The notes: generated by a model not told the origin, from the letters alone. Counted from the stretch's first letter, positions 42,051-58,300 are shown. The stretch is 64,000 nt of DNA from Eledone cirrhosa (GCA_964016885.1 OZ024742.1:215946001-216010000), one strand, 5' to 3'. A program made the numbers and translations.

Positions 42051-44154
42051 TATATATATATATATATATATAACTTTTGCGTTTAAATTTATTAAGCACA
42101 ATAATATATTACATTTTCAACGACCTTAGGAATGATATGATCCTTGCTTCTATCTAGTTCGACTACAATCAGAGCTTCTGCGTCAGCAGAGCGATATTTT
42201 CTCATTTAATCACACTGCTTTTGTTAACTACTCTCGATGAAAAGGTGAAATATTTCAGCAAAAATCAACATACGTAATTTTAGTTACATCAATGGTTACT
42301 CGAAATACATTTTAGATCAAACCTCCCATCATTTAGATACCAGACACGTTCTTCATTTCTAGAAATTATAAATTCAAAATTATTTACGAACAAGACCTGA
42401 ATATATATTCTATCCCTGCATTTATTTGTTAAATGTGGAGATTTTAATGATAGTTTTGTCACTGAATGCAAAACTCAGAAAGGATTTATTATTTCCGGAC
42501 ATCAAAACAAACCTGTAAAGTGTACTTAAGAATAATGGATGATAAGGATGATGATGGTGATGATGATGATTATGAGTGTAGAAGGTGAGGAGGAAGAGGT
42601 AGAGAAGAAGAAGAAGAAGATGATTGTATGCAAGCTTGACAAAATAAACAGGGTACTTTTACCAGGATTTTCTATACCTGAAAAAATAGAGTGGATGATT
42701 AGATTGTGGGTAAGCTATGTTCCGTCTTAAGTGTTGCTGTTCATTGTTGTTTAATCGCAACTCAGACATGACTGTGAAGACCTAATATAATACAGTCGGA
42801 CAAATGACGACCCAAATCCAACATTTACAAACTGTGCTCACTAATATGCCTAACGCTGTCTTCCACTTTTAGTATTTTGTTTGTTTTCATAGCCAGTTTA
42901 TGATAATGTTATGTTGCTTAATGTGTTGTTTGTGAGCTTTGTAGTTTAATTTGGTGTTATAAAGAGATCGGAATTCTAGGTAAAATAAACATAATAACTG
43001 AAAGTATTAAAAGGAACTAAAATTAATTCGAAGTAAATCTAAGATAGATATGAAATTTACTATCATACATTTGACATTTATAAAATATTTGTTCGAGCAT
43101 TGACGTAGTCTCAAACCATTGATTTAGTACATCAGAGTACATCTGCAGCATGGCAATCGAATCAATAAATGATTCATGTTTAATGATTGTTCCCTATACA
43201 GAGTAATTGAAAAAAAGAATAACCTTTCAATATATCTACATATGTGCCCTTTCAAGTCAATATGCCTTTATCCTTCTAATAATTTATATTACTTTTTCTT
43301 ATTTTATAAACTTTCCCTCTATTTTGCCATATTTTTCATTCTGTTTATACTTAATCTCATATCTCTGATTCTTTCAATTTCTGATTTGACTGTTTCGCAG
43401 TCTACCCGTATGCACATAGAAACAAACCGACACTAACATATATTCACGGTATATAGAAGTTAGAATTTAAAATTTATGTGAGGATATAGAATATTCCTCA
43501 AATGGTAGAACAATATATTTGTGTGTGTCTGTGTGTGAATGTACATCTTTATCTCAGAATCTCATAACTCAGTTTCTCGTGTGTGTATTTTTCCTCCAAC
43601 ATTTTTTTTTATATTAATATTATCCACTATATATTTATACACTTGTCTTTCTGTTTTCAATAGAAATTTCAATAATATTTATATCTAAGTTCAGCTATTT
43701 ATATTTATTTTTCTTTTGTTCTTGTATTTATATACAAAGGTTGAAAATAAACTCAGATTCTTAACACAATAGAACCCAACTGAAGTACTCATACATGCAC
43801 ACATTACGTAGCGATAAAATGCCATCCGAACCTTTATTCCTAATAGAAAAGGACCTTTCTATTTAAATCAATAGAATTTTTTTTTATAAATAATTTGAAT
43901 CATGGCATTTTAAACACCAATTTCCCCCCTTACCACTCCTCTTTCATGAAGAAAATATATATAAGAGTTTTGAGAGATAATTCACATGTTCTAACTGCTC
44001 ACAGAATATGAAAACATACATTTTCAATATTTGGCATAACGTTCGAAACCAATAATATTTTAATAAACCTTCAAACCATTTAAAGCAGCAACTACAAAAA
44101 AGATATGTTCTTTCAGATTAAAGAAAAAAGAATTTTTAAATATACTGTTTTCCA

Positions 44155-44202
<48 letters not shown>

Positions 44203-44225
44203 TATATATATATATATATATATAC

Positions 44226-44338
<113 letters not shown>

Positions 44339-46185
44339 TCACTCACTCTCTGCTACTCACCCTCTCTCTCACTTCCTCCATCGTCCCACACCGTACGAAA
44401 TTTTTTCGTCGCTCACATTCGCACGGCCAAGATGTCTTTTGCCTTCTCGTCAACATTCGCACGTTCTTATGTTCAAAATGAATCATTGACTTGATTTTCT
44501 CATTTTTTACTCTCTTTACATTGCCTCACCATTCGTGTTTGTTTACCTGTCTCTCTTTCTCCACCCAATTCTTTTTATCCCGATAACTTAATTTAATTAT
44601 TGTATTGCCCTAGCCGGATGTATATGGTCTGTAAAGCGAAGAAATAACTATGATGGCTAGTAGACCACTGATGATGGATTGTACTGGCTTCTCTCTATCT
44701 CTCTCTATATATATATATATAATTCAGTTTAAGTCTCTCTGAAACCATCACGTTATTAAACCCGGTTCATTTTCCATCAGCGATTTGGATTACATGACAC
44801 GCCATTGGACAGGCACCCAGTTAAGCGCGGAGTTAACGCCTAGCTGCTGCTGATATTAATTTTCAGCTGAGTGGTTTGCCCTGGAACACAGTGCGTAATT
44901 TTATCCATGTATAGAAATGTACTCCTATGAAACAAGATTGAAGGATTCTGCTAGCTCAATCCTTTAGAATGTTTGTATAGCAAAATAGTTCCAGCCATTG
45001 CACATTTCAAATGTGCGTCTATCTTTCTAATGGTCTCTATTTATCATTCTCAGACCCCCCCCCCCTCCACCGATATTTCGATTCGCCTGTTGCTATCCTT
45101 ATCTATATACCTCACTCTTTTTTACTCAATTTCCTCGAATAGTTTTCAATGTACAAATCACTTCATTTGTTTATTCAATCGGGAAATTGTTCATAACATA
45201 AATATGAAGATCAACATGCATTTTAACTTGACAATTATCTAGATTAAAAAAACGTATAAGGAAATAAGATATAAGGAAACTTGAAAGTGCAATCCTATTA
45301 TTAGCAAAATACGCCATTCATTACTGGATGGTTGAAAATATTCCTGTTACATCAAAGTTGTTTTTTCCTAACAACATTCCTAACGATATGCCTAACAATG
45401 CTGATGCCTCGTACATATTACATATTACACAATGCTATCTTATGTATATATAAATATACCGGGGTAAACCAGGTGCGTCTTTCAATCGTAATCTGTTCGG
45501 CCATGCCTCACTTGGGGATAAAATAAGAAGACAACACCATATTTCCGTCAAAATATGAAAATCGATGAAATAATAATGATTTATGGCGTTCAAATACGGT
45601 CAAGGTCTATGTAAATAGTTTAATTGATATTTATATTGTGTTGAGTACTATTTGTTGTTGTTATTCATCCATTAATCGAATATGCTGACCTGATTTTTCA
45701 TATGTTCAGAGTTATTTCATCCTTGACTCCTATCCATAGCACCAATTTTATTTTCAGAAATAGTATGTATCGGTCTAGATTATCGAATATGACCAATTTT
45801 TAAGATAGTGAAATGAGGTTTGTGGACCATATAGAGGTGTCCGAAATTTAACCGTCTCTTAATGAATTGAAATGTAATTCCGGTTGAATGTAATGCGTAT
45901 ACTAATGAAATTATAACAAAAGTAACATATATCCTCAAATGGTAATGAATTTCTTACACAATTAAATGATTTTATATTTGATTTATGGGATTTTGTCTGA
46001 TTAAACGATTTATTTTGATTGTTAATATATTAATATTTTCATCCGTTGCAGATTTTAAAATATGCATTGAATAGGCAATTTTACCAACTATCTTACTTTA
46101 ATATCTATAATAAATGTGTCAACATATGGTTGAATTTGTGCCTCTGTGTATGAGTGTGTTCGCATATATACATATAAATATATAT

Positions 46186-46513
46186 ATTTGTTTTGCAAGG
46201 TTTTTGATATGAAATCGTGTGTCGAAACAAATATTGCTATAGTTGTGGAGGGTCATATTTTTGTAATAATATTGCCAGAAATAAAAACAGAACACACTCA
46301 CTGTTTGGTTGGTTTTCACTTCTCTACCTTTCATCTCCCCATAGTTAATTCATTTGGCAATCAATGTTTATCATTGATTGACCAACGATGAAATATACAG
46401 ATAAAAAAATATATATAGTCTATCAAAGTCCTTTCGTTGCACATCTGCAACATCATCAGTGGTACAATTATTAATTCCCTCCTATTGTATTGTAATGCCT
46501 ACGCCATTTTTAT

Positions 46514-46520
<7 letters not shown>
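46186..46520 (-). mobile_element. Solo pLTR related to the PLE at 58.1 kb
   Basis: GGAGGGTCATATTT...AATATTGCCAGAA...CACTCACTGTTTGGTTGG and the ribozyme match 58095-58390. Confidence 0.8.
46421..46464 (-). ncRNA. Hammerhead ribozyme (PLE-type, one extra nt after the core)
   Basis: TACCA-CTGATGA-T-GTTGCA-gatg-TGCAAC-GAAAG-GA-CTT-TGATA. Confidence 0.7.
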
Positions 46521-46582
<62 letters not shown>

Positions 46583-46869
46583 GTGTGTGTGTGTTATACA
46601 TATAGCTTTGGAGCTGCATCATTGAATCAATGGTCCTATAGATTCGTTTTGAAATGCAACTGAAATGCATGTTAAGCTTTGCAACTCGGAACCACAAGCC
46701 TTGTTTTCTATCTCTTTTTTTCCTTTCCCTCTCTCTCTATGTCTTTATATATATATATATATATATATACAAAGGAAGTGTGGTAAGGAATCAGATGGAC
46801 CGAATAGCGGTCGAATGCACCAAATAGCGGTCGAGCGCACCAAATAGCGGTCGAAATGGTAACTTAATA

Positions 46870-47800
46870 GCACCACCTGGCCTAGTGTTTCAAACGATGT
46901 TTCACACCACATTCATGTTTTGGTCACAAAGTCTCACTCTCGTAAAGAATTGTTGATTTCGGAATGTATACGGTGAAAGTGGTACTGTCCGGAATGTTTT
47001 GGAACCAGTTGTCCAGGACCATTATACATTTTATCGGGTCCGTTTCTGTTTTTATATATTTTGGTATGGTTTTATAGAGAGTGAGTCGGTTGGGGAGAAA
47101 TAGTTTTGTCGTAATTTTGTTATGATATGCGCGTGGTCGATACTTTTTATTGTGTGGATAGCAGAAGGACCAAGCTTTGAGTATATTTTAAAGAACTCTG
47201 ACTTAATTGGGCAATGTGGATAGAATATGTTCGTAACATACAGATGTCGTAGCACTCATGGCGGCCTTAGCTGGAGTAAAGTTTCCGTTTTTCAAGTCGG
47301 CCCCTGTGTGTAAGGCCTATCATGCTGTCTATCATGTTTGTAATTGACCTTTCGGATGCTTCAATTTTCATAAGCCGATTCTCCGTATGAAGAGACTAGG
47401 GCCTGGAAAGTGTAGAGAAGAGAAGGTGTTGGTGTGAATGTTTCTTGACTACCAGAATCCAGGAGAACATCCTGCATGTCATGTCAACTTCCTTTGAAAT
47501 GTGTGTACTTCAGCTTAATTTGGTACCAACGATTACTTCAAGGGCTCTGGTATTGTATGCTATGGGGAGTTTACCTGATGGAACAGAATATGGGAACACC
47601 AGTGCATCTGCTTTTCCAAAGTTGATTAACTCAGATTTGTCTTCGTTTAATAGCGTATAGTTTTTTTCTTTCGCCAGATGGATAACCGCAAGCAGATCCG
47701 ATTGATTTGAGAAGAAGTAGCATTGGACAAAAGCCAATGCATATCTGTAGGGCAGTGCTTCCCATGATCTCTTCTGGGATTTGAAACAGGAGAAAATATA
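46870..47800 (-). pseudogene. Degraded CR1/L2-like LINE RT C-terminal fragment
   Basis: QSDLLAVIHLAKEKNYTLLNEDKSELINFGK..., then KIEASERSITNMIDSMIGLTHRGRLEKRKLYS, resembling the CR1 post-RT region. Confidence 0.6.
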
Positions 47801-49108
47801 TAGCTTTTTTGGCCTATGTAGATGGGCTGGTTAGCCTCATTTGCTTATCTCACTGAACAAATCGGCTCAGCTTGGAAGTAGAATTAAAGTTTTTGCTCCA
47901 ACATATCTGTATAGAGATACATATATTAATATCGTTTATCTAATGATATACTATGTTTTTGCGAATAACATTTTAGAAAGCCTTTTAGCTATGGATATTG
48001 AAAACCTGACGGCTACCGTCTTCAAGCGGGTTCCACCAGAAGTATTGGGTGACAACGGCCAATGAATTTCTGGCTCTGGCCGTGAGTGCTCCACCTGCTC
48101 ACTGTTCGCCTATGTAGATAGGTTGCTTTGCATATGGAGCTGTACAGCTGGAAAGTAGAAGTATCCAGAAGGCTTTCTAAACCTTCTGTTCAATAAACAT
48201 ACACTATATCATTAGGTTTACGAAGTTCACAAACCTATATGTATGCAGCTATGTCGGAGCGAAAGCTTTAATCTTAAAACGAACAAATTCTGCATCTCCA
48301 TCTGGTCAGCCCCCTTTCTGACGTGCAGCATTGGGCATATTCGTGATATTTCATATGTAATGCCAATTTATGCATCAGTTTGTAAGGTGTTTGTGTGATG
48401 ATAATAAAAAAAATATGTGAAATAGAGATAAATACATCAAACTATTAATATTATGAAAGAAATTCTTCTTTCTTCTCTTCCTCCTTCTGTCTGTCTCATG
48501 TGGCAATGATAACGCCACAGCATGTGCACAATCTGGTGTCCCAAGGAATACAAATATACCCCTAGAAACCATGATGGTCATGACTAAATAGATAGGTAGA
48601 CCTATCTAATCACGTATAACCTGGTGCTAATCTATGAAGAGAAGTATCCTACCGATCGACCCCACTGATGTGGAAGACGTCTCTTCTATCTCACTGAAGT
48701 AATAACAGCAACAACCACACCGATAAACAAACGTAAATATCAATAATAAACATGACAAGAAAACGGCAAACATAAATATAAAAACGACAAAAGTAGTAAT
48801 GACAAACTATAAAAAGGAATATTAAACTTTTATAGTAATTTGTTAGCTAGCTTTACAGAAACAACTGTTGTAACACCAACAAAGCTTGAACTATCATTAC
48901 TGCAACTAGTAATAAAAGCAACAAAATGATAGCTGTTAGAGGAACAACATAAGAACAGAAAAAATAGCAATAACAAAAACAATATATGTCAAACAAAAAT
49001 ACATTTGGTGGGAAGGGCACTATAAATATTCTTATAAACACATGTATTGAGTACTACTCATATTTTTGGTCTTCTCGGTCCCTGTTCCACGGAATATCAC
49101 AGACACAG

Positions 49109-49171
<63 letters not shown>

Positions 49172-49189
49172 CAGGGACACACACGTTGA

Positions 49190-49365
49190 AACTTGAGCTG
49201 ATCAATAGCGAAACGCGCGTCACCAATCATTAAACTTAATGCTTAACAAATCGTCCTTGTAGTATACTATGTTTAGCTCTACACCTCGCCACTGACGTGA
49301 ACCTGAACATCGAGTGCTCACAAGGGTGAATCTACAGTAGCTTCACGTTTCACTCCCTGGATATC
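49190..49365 (+). mobile_element. pLTR-like fragment beginning inside a hammerhead core
   Basis: TGA-GCTG-atcaa-TAGC-GAAACGCGCGTC (49194-49221); tail has GAGTGCTC at 49312. Confidence 0.65.
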
Positions 49366-49391
49366 TACCTATCTATCTATCTATCTATCTA

Positions 49392-49805
49392 TATATCACA
49401 GAAAAAAGATAATCTGTGTTGCAACGAGAGGAATTTATTGGACATATTACAAATGATTCTCGGGCGACCAGCTCGAGGCACAATCGATATGCTGATCAAA
49501 CATGACTCTGAAATCGCGTGATCGTCGGATACGTCTCAATTCTACGAAGCAGATTTACTTAAAAATCTGCTTCGCAGAATCGAGACGTATCAGACGACCG
49601 CGCGATTTCAGAGTCAGGTTTGATCACCAGATCGATCGTACTCGAGCTGGTCGCCCGAGAAACAATTGTAATATGTCCAATAAATTCCTCTCGTCGCAAC
49701 ACTGATTCTCTTTTTTCGGTGATATCATACTCTGCTCTACGGCAGCATTGAATGCTCCTACGGCCTACCGCATACGGATGCTTTAAGTATCCAACACCAA
49801 TTATC
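49392..49805. mobile_element. Foldback element (about 165-bp arms) with tail
   Basis: Apex GAAGCAGATTT-ACTTAA-AAATCTGCTTC near 49558; right arm has GAAACAATTGTA, like a hammerhead 3' half. Confidence 0.8.
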
Positions 49806-49849
49806 TATATATATACACATATATATATATATATTTATTTTTTTCATTT

Positions 49850-50175
49850 CATTTTACGTCCGTTTTTCCCTGCTAGCAAGGGTGGGACGGGAACTGATTC
49901 TGGCTTGATTTCTACAGCTGGATGCCCTTCCTAACACCAACCTCATTTACAGTGAGTGCTGGGTTCTTTTATGCCGTGGCACCTCCACGACCACTTTGCA
50001 GTGGAATGATATGGACCCCAGTCATATCATCTCATTTCTACAGCTGAGTAAACTGGAGCAATGTGAAATAAAGTGTCTTGCTCAAGGAAACAACGCATCA
50101 ATCCGGTCTGAGAATTGAACTCACAATCTTTTGATTGCAAGGCCAATGCTCTAACCACTAAGCCATGTGCCTCCA
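49850..50175 (-). mobile_element. Second tRNA-derived SINE family
   Basis: Minus strand head TGGCTTAGTGGTTAGAGC...GAGTTCAATTC (A/B boxes) followed by CCTTGAGCAAGACACTT. Confidence 0.75.
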
Positions 50176-50214
50176 TGTATATATATATATATATATGTCT
50201 GTGTGTGTGTGTGT

Positions 50215-50292
<78 letters not shown>

Positions 50293-50439
50293 GTGTCTGT
50301 GTTTACAATTAGTTTTTCGCTATAAAACCCCAGAGAGCCCACACTGTATGTGAATCATGGAAAATATATATTTGTTTTCTTTTTACCTACATCAACTCAA
50401 AATCAACCTCATTATCATCATCATTCGTCGACTACTGTT

Positions 50440-50670
50440 GAGATGACGGATCTCACTCTCATGCCCCAGAATTCCCTGTCCCCATCGCTGCCCCCAGGTC
50501 CTCTGCCCTTCTAAAATCCCGGAGCGCTCAATTTGCTGGCTACTGTCACCGTGCCAGCAATGAAATCATATCCGCTCTCTTGCTCTGGAACCCTGACTCC
50601 AGCCTGACTAGGAGTAGGAACCTGTCATTCCCTGACGTTATCTCTAGGGATACGGGAATCAGTAGACAGG
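50440..50670 (+). pseudogene. RTE LINE fragment related to 3800-4189
   Basis: KSRSAQFAGYCHRASNEIISALLLWNP..LSFPDVISRDTG. Confidence 0.65.
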
Positions 50671-51431
50671 AAAATCAACCTACAATGTGCCTAAAGTAAC
50701 CTAAATACTCCTCACAAAATGGAATTTCACAGTTAACTAAGATTAGAATTAAAACCACAAAAGAAACTATTTCATAGCAGAGATCTTTCAAAGGGCTTGT
50801 TAATTTACATATACATGTATGTTTGAACGTACACCTTCCCATAAAGGGTTATACAAACAATTTGCTATTTTAAGTATTCAAATTTGTGTGTACAACCACT
50901 ATTTATACCATATTATATCTCTCCTCTTGTCTTTAACTGAAATTTTATTTCTGTAAATCATATTCTCCTGAAAACATAGTCACAGATTACTTTAGAAGTT
51001 TTTCACAAACGCAAAATATTTGGACTTGATATGATGAAATAATTCAACCCCTTTTTCAGAAGAACATTTACGCGAATTTGCCTGTCTGTAGCAATCCCTC
51101 ATATCAGAATCGTATTTTACATTGCAATTTGTGAGGCTAAGGTTCTCCGATTCACACTACAGAATTACAGGTCTAACCCAATGACAATGGATGAAACGTG
51201 CTCATTTTTTGTACACTAACAATTCATTTTTGCATGCTAACAATTCTTTCAAGAAACATGGTGCTACAATGTTTTAGCCAGTATACTCATTATTTAAACC
51301 TCCGCGTAGATTTACGATCTACATACAATTTAATTATCTCAGATCCAATATATAATGCTACCATAAATAATAAAAAAGTGAATATTTTTCAACTGTAGGC
51401 AACAATTAACTTGCTTGTTACCGCACAGAAG

Positions 51432-51511
<80 letters not shown>

Positions 51512-51513
51512 GT

Positions 51514-51545
<32 letters not shown>

Positions 51546-51743
51546 CTGTATGTGTGTGTGTGTGTGCATAATGCATCACTTAGATGTAAACATTGAAACA
51601 CACATATGGGTGAGTATGCATGCATACCAGTGTGCATATCTGTTTGGGAATGCTTTCATGTGCATACGTAACTCAATATATTTATTCATGTGTAGGTATG
51701 TATATATATATTATATATACACAGACACTGAAAGCGGGATATG

Positions 51744-52820
<1,077 letters not shown>

Positions 52821-53512
52821 TTTAGAGAGAAGGGAGGAAGATAGAGATGCTAATATGTATATTTTATATATGTATAGTTTACTTTATTGTAAAATATTAC
52901 GTATAATGAAAAAAGAAACACGTAGAATTATATCGACCGTCAACCTCATACATAGATATATGCTGAAGTAAAGTATATATCCACAGGTATTTGAAAGAGA
53001 GGGGCCGTCAAACTGATGGTTTGCCTGTGCAAACTGACCGATAATAGTTAAATGTCAAATACTTCCACATTAGTTGATAAATTATATTTTACGACAAGAT
53101 TCCATCGGCATGACAAGCGAACATTTTCTTTGTTTTTGTTTTTATTAGCCATTTATTGTTTTTGCTAGACATTTTTATTAACTTATTTTTTTTCAATATA
53201 ACAGCTTATTGCATTGAGTTGGATTTTTCTTTTTTTATCAACAATATCGACCAACATTTTATACAGTACCATGGATGCTATTGACAAATAATGAAAAACA
53301 AACTACATCATCCATCACATCACTCCACATTCTACCATACTAACTCAACGTCTCAACAAACACCAACATTGCTCATCGCAATTCTATTAGTAACAGCTAT
53401 TCCATTCTGAAATAGCTAAACAGCCGAACCTACGATACAAAATTTGATTTGTTAAATGAAATCAAATTAAACCAATCTATCCACACGCACAGTAGTCTCA
53501 GCAAACGGAGCA

Positions 53513-53640
<128 letters not shown>

Positions 53641-54191
53641 TGTCTGTGTGTACATTAATTAATTTATGCCTTTTCAAATGTCGTTATTCAAACACAATAG
53701 ACATACGCAGGCACAATACAAACACATACACACACACAGACACATGCACACACACATACACACACACATATATATATGCATGTATATATATAAATATATA
53801 TATATATATATAATATATATATATATATAATATATATATATATATGCTTCATATAAAAATGTCTCGTACAAGACCAGAAATGTTTCTTTCTTAGTCATCG
53901 GGAATTTCATCGAGGAAGAAAACAATGTAAACGGAAACTATATAATTTGCCTTTGAGCTAGTACAGATTTTATTTTTTGGTGTTCTAGACAAACAGTTAT
54001 ATACAAATATATATTTATGCTTGATATATTTAGCACCCAGTACATAGGTGAGACTATGTGAATATTTGGCTCAGCGTTGCAACAAACTGAAAGCAATCTG
54101 GATTTTTTGTGATTTCACATAAGGCTGTGAATATTGAAAATACATTGCTCAACAACACGGATGTAAGATGAAAAAACGTTTGCATAATACT

Positions 54192-54370
54192 TGTTTCTAC
54201 GTTAGGCACAAGGCCAGCCATTAAACAGTGCATTACTGGTACTTTATTTTATCGACCCTGTAAGGATGAAAGGCAAAGCCAACCTCGGCGGGATTTGAAC
54301 TCAGATCGTAAAGGGACGTAACTATGCTGGAAAGCATGGCGTCCGACCCTCTACTGATACTGCCAATCCA
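54192..54370 (-). mobile_element. tRNA-derived SINE
   Basis: Same family as 128-270. Confidence 0.85.
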
Positions 54371-54840
54371 TTTCCCCACTTTGTGAAGACTGAAAGAGTG
54401 ATTATCTCTTTTGCTATATTTATAATGGGATATATCTCGTATATTTTTCTAATAACGTTTCTCATACCAAGACGTTGGAGGGATTAACTTAAGTAACTAG
54501 CATTGATATTTTTAATTTGATATTTTGAACATAAAAGAGATTTTACATAAAATTATGATGGAAGGAAATTAGATAAATGTTTAAAAACAGTTGGGCAGAT
54601 TAAGGCAGTTTTCTATGAAACGTTATTAACGGATAATGGAAATAAGTGGTACGCTATAAATATGAAAGTCAAAGCAGACCTCGGCGTGATTACTATTCAT
54701 GCCTAGAGAGCCTAGAGGCAAAATATATGTCGTACAATTCTACGCTCAACGACCCTGGTGTATCAATATCAATATATACATAAATACGCACACACACACA
54801 GACACACACTCATATATATATATTTATAAACTTACACATA

Positions 54841-54871
<31 letters not shown>

Positions 54872-54909
54872 TACATATATATGAGTGTTTGTGTGTGTAT
54901 ATATATATA

Positions 54910-54975
<66 letters not shown>

Positions 54976-55001
54976 AATATATATATATATGTATATATGT
55001 G

Positions 55002-55036
<35 letters not shown>

Positions 55037-55051
55037 GTATATATGTATATA

Positions 55052-55082
<31 letters not shown>

Positions 55083-55216
55083 GTTATAGAATGCCGTTAG
55101 CTTCTTGCTAAAACAATCTCTATACGTCTCATTTATATATATATGTATATATATATATACATGTGTGTTTGTGTGCGCGCGTATTTATGTATATATTGAC
55201 ATTGATATCCCATGCT

Positions 55217-55306
<90 letters not shown>

Positions 55307-55578
55307 TGTATATATATATATATACAAATATATGAATTGCATAATTATTCGAGTAAAGGAACGTTCATTGATCATTTAATCGTCTGACTGTAGTGTAGAA
55401 CCGTAAGCACTCCATGATGTGGGTTCTTTATGGTATTAGCTATCAGGAATCAAGCACAATGTTAATATTATATAGAAGGGAGGGGGTTTATATATACACC
55501 CCTCTATCTATTATATAATAAACAGAAGATGTATACATAAAACCGTTTCTTTTCTTCATACTATTTATATATATATAA

Positions 55579-55632
<54 letters not shown>

Positions 55633-55695
55633 TATATATATTTATATATATACGCCCACACACAACGAATAGGTCCGATGCATATATATATATGA

Positions 55696-55749
55696 GAATT
55701 AGCCGTCGAAACGGCTTGAGCTCAGCCGTCGGGGTCTTACTGGTTCCTA
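55696..55749 (+). mobile_element. Family A short arm alone
   Basis: GAATTAGCCGTCGAAACGGCTTGAGCTCAGCCGTCGGGGTCTTACTGGTTCC inside TA. Confidence 0.8.
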
Positions 55750-56085
55750 TATATATATATATATATATATACCCTCTCAGTTCACATACTATAATATATT
55801 TATTTTTTGTCACATCACCAGTCTGATGAGCGGATCGATATTGGAGTAGGGTCCATTACTAGTCTTTTTCGATCCGTAGGCGATTTACAACTGCAGATGG
55901 CACCGGGTGCTTACGGGCCAATGAAATGTGCATAATGTTTGCAGAAATAAATAATTAAAGAAATTCAACATACATGGTCTCCTGTCATTTAACCTTATAA
56001 TACATTTACTCATTTCCCGTACCACCAACAAATGTTAACATCAAAGATGTCTGAGTTGCATAACATCGAATGCTTTTATCATATT

Positions 56086-56915
56086 ACTAGCAGTAAAGCC
56101 CGGCGTTGCTCGGGCACTATCAGTAGCTGTGTTAAAGTTACAATGTTAAGTTCCTTTCTTGGCTTAAAAACTGTAGTCTACAGTGTAAACTTTCATGTGG
56201 TACTTTTGATTAATATTCCCTCAACCAACAGTATGCCTTATGAAGTTAAGAAAACATAACCATAACTCAACTGTTAAAACAAAAGAGGATGCTGGGGATA
56301 AAACTTGCACTGGTAATCTATTAACAAATATGGAAAATGTAAACACTGCAACACTTGTCTTTTCAGAGAAAAACATCAGCGTAACCAAACTATCAGTTAT
56401 TTTGAAACAAAGAAATTAGATGGCCATGAAAAACAAAACAAAAATGCAATTTTATCGCCTATCACCTCTCTGCACGACTGTCTTTCTGCATGCCTCCATC
56501 GTCTATCTGCCCGACTGTCTGTCTGCACAACTTTATCGCCTGTATCACCGCTGTACACGACTGTCTGTCGGCACAACTTTATCGCCTATAGCAGTAAAGC
56601 CCGGCGCTGCTCGGGGCTGCTCAGTAGCTGTGTTAAAGTTGCAATGTTAAGTTCCTTTCAAGTTCATCTGTAGAACAAACGTAGCCCATGTGTCAAGTTT
56701 TGCGAAAATCGGTTGCGAACTGCAGAAGTTATGACGTTTTGTTGCATTGCACTGCAGTGCTTCAGTCGACTCCAATGAAGAGGTTAAAGGGGCTTATCTG
56801 CCGGGAGGCCCTATAATAAATATCTGGAAAAATGAAAGTGCTCATGACCATCCGGAGTACATAAGTAACCTTTGTCTTAAGTTTGGGGAAAATACTATAG
56901 AAATGCATAAGGTTT
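56086..56915 (+). mobile_element. Helentron/HINE-like non-autonomous element with duplicated 5' end
   Basis: ACTAGCAGTAAAGCCCGGCGTTGCTCGGGC at 56086 and again near 56589; internal CTGT-rich repeats; related 3'-like end at 57815-57943. Confidence 0.5.
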
Positions 56916-57054
56916 ACACGCACACGCGCGCGCGCATGTGTGTGTGTGTTTGTATGTGTGTATGTATTTGTGTGTGCCTATGTATATGTATGTGTATGTC
57001 CGTCGGCGCATACGTAAGTACTGGCCTAAATCTTCACTATTTACTTTTACTATT

Positions 57055-57175
57055 TTAAGGCAAAGTTAAAATCCAGTCGAGGTTAACTTTGCCTTTCATC
57101 CTTACGTGGTTGATAAAATAAAGTACCAGTAATGTACTGATAATTGCTGACCTTGTGCCAAAAGTAGAAACAACT
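57055..57175 (+). mobile_element. SINE 3' part
   Basis: GGTTAACTTTGCCTTTCATCCTTACG...CCTTGTGCCAAAAGTAGAAAC. Confidence 0.75.
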
Positions 57176-58007
57176 ATTTTAATAACCTCTGATTTTTCGT
57201 TTACAATCTTATTTACATCATTCTTAAACTCCGGGGCTGGAAATCATTCGGTTATTTTAAATAGAATATTAGTCTAACGACTCCATTTATACCATACACT
57301 TGGTCTCGTGTTTGCATGAAATTGTTCTTTTCGGTCCACATAACGACGTATTATCCTCGCTTTTTTTCCGTTCATTGCCACAGAACGTCTTCACGAACCA
57401 AAATGTATCGTCTTCCTGTTTTCCTTCGGTTGCAACGTTTCTATAAATATTTAATTCTGCGTTCAGAGATTGAATTTTTTAGTTTAAGAAGTTCCCGTTA
57501 ATGTTGAAAGCAGCGATTCATTGCTTAAACTTTCTTTCTTTCTCAACACATCTCCCTTTTTTCTCATGCCCTCCCCCTCTCTCTCTCTCTATCTATCTAT
57601 CTGATTATCTTGTACTTCTCTCTGTATAACGACATATCTCACTCTCTATATGTATATGTGTGTGTGTGATATATATATAGAGAGAGTTGCAACATATATG
57701 TAGTTTCATAGATTTTTGACGGTAGTAGTGAGAGGAATTAAGCGTGTAAGAGAGAGGGTTACAGCATGTATTTCGTTATTTCGATTTTTTTTTCTTAGAA
57801 GCAAAGTGTTTTACGCGTTGACCATCCCTGGTAAATGTGGAGCACATTGAAAGAAATCATCAAAATCGGTAGAGAAATGTGGAAATGCATAAACATCATA
57901 CACACACACAGACAGACATCTTCCGTTTTATATATATATAGATATGTCACGGTTAACATTGCAGAATGACCAATTATACTTAGTGGTAAACCACTAAATT
58001 TAAGTGG

Positions 58008-58100
<93 letters not shown>

Positions 58101-58300
58101 ATACTTGGGGAGGGTCATATTTGTGTAATATTGCCAGAATTAATAACAGAACACACTCACTGTTTGGTTGGTTTTCGCTTCTCGCTTCTGTGTCTTTTAT
58201 ATCGGTAATCTAACTTATCCGGTCCTCAATGTTGCCATTGACTGACCGACGGTCAAAAGTAATACAGATACAATATAGACACAAACACATATATATAGTT

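Noticed and set aside
46800-46860. Short repeat AATAGCGGTCGA, three copies, considered as CRISPR-like
   Set aside because: It is a 20-bp tandem repeat without unique spacers, in a eukaryotic context.
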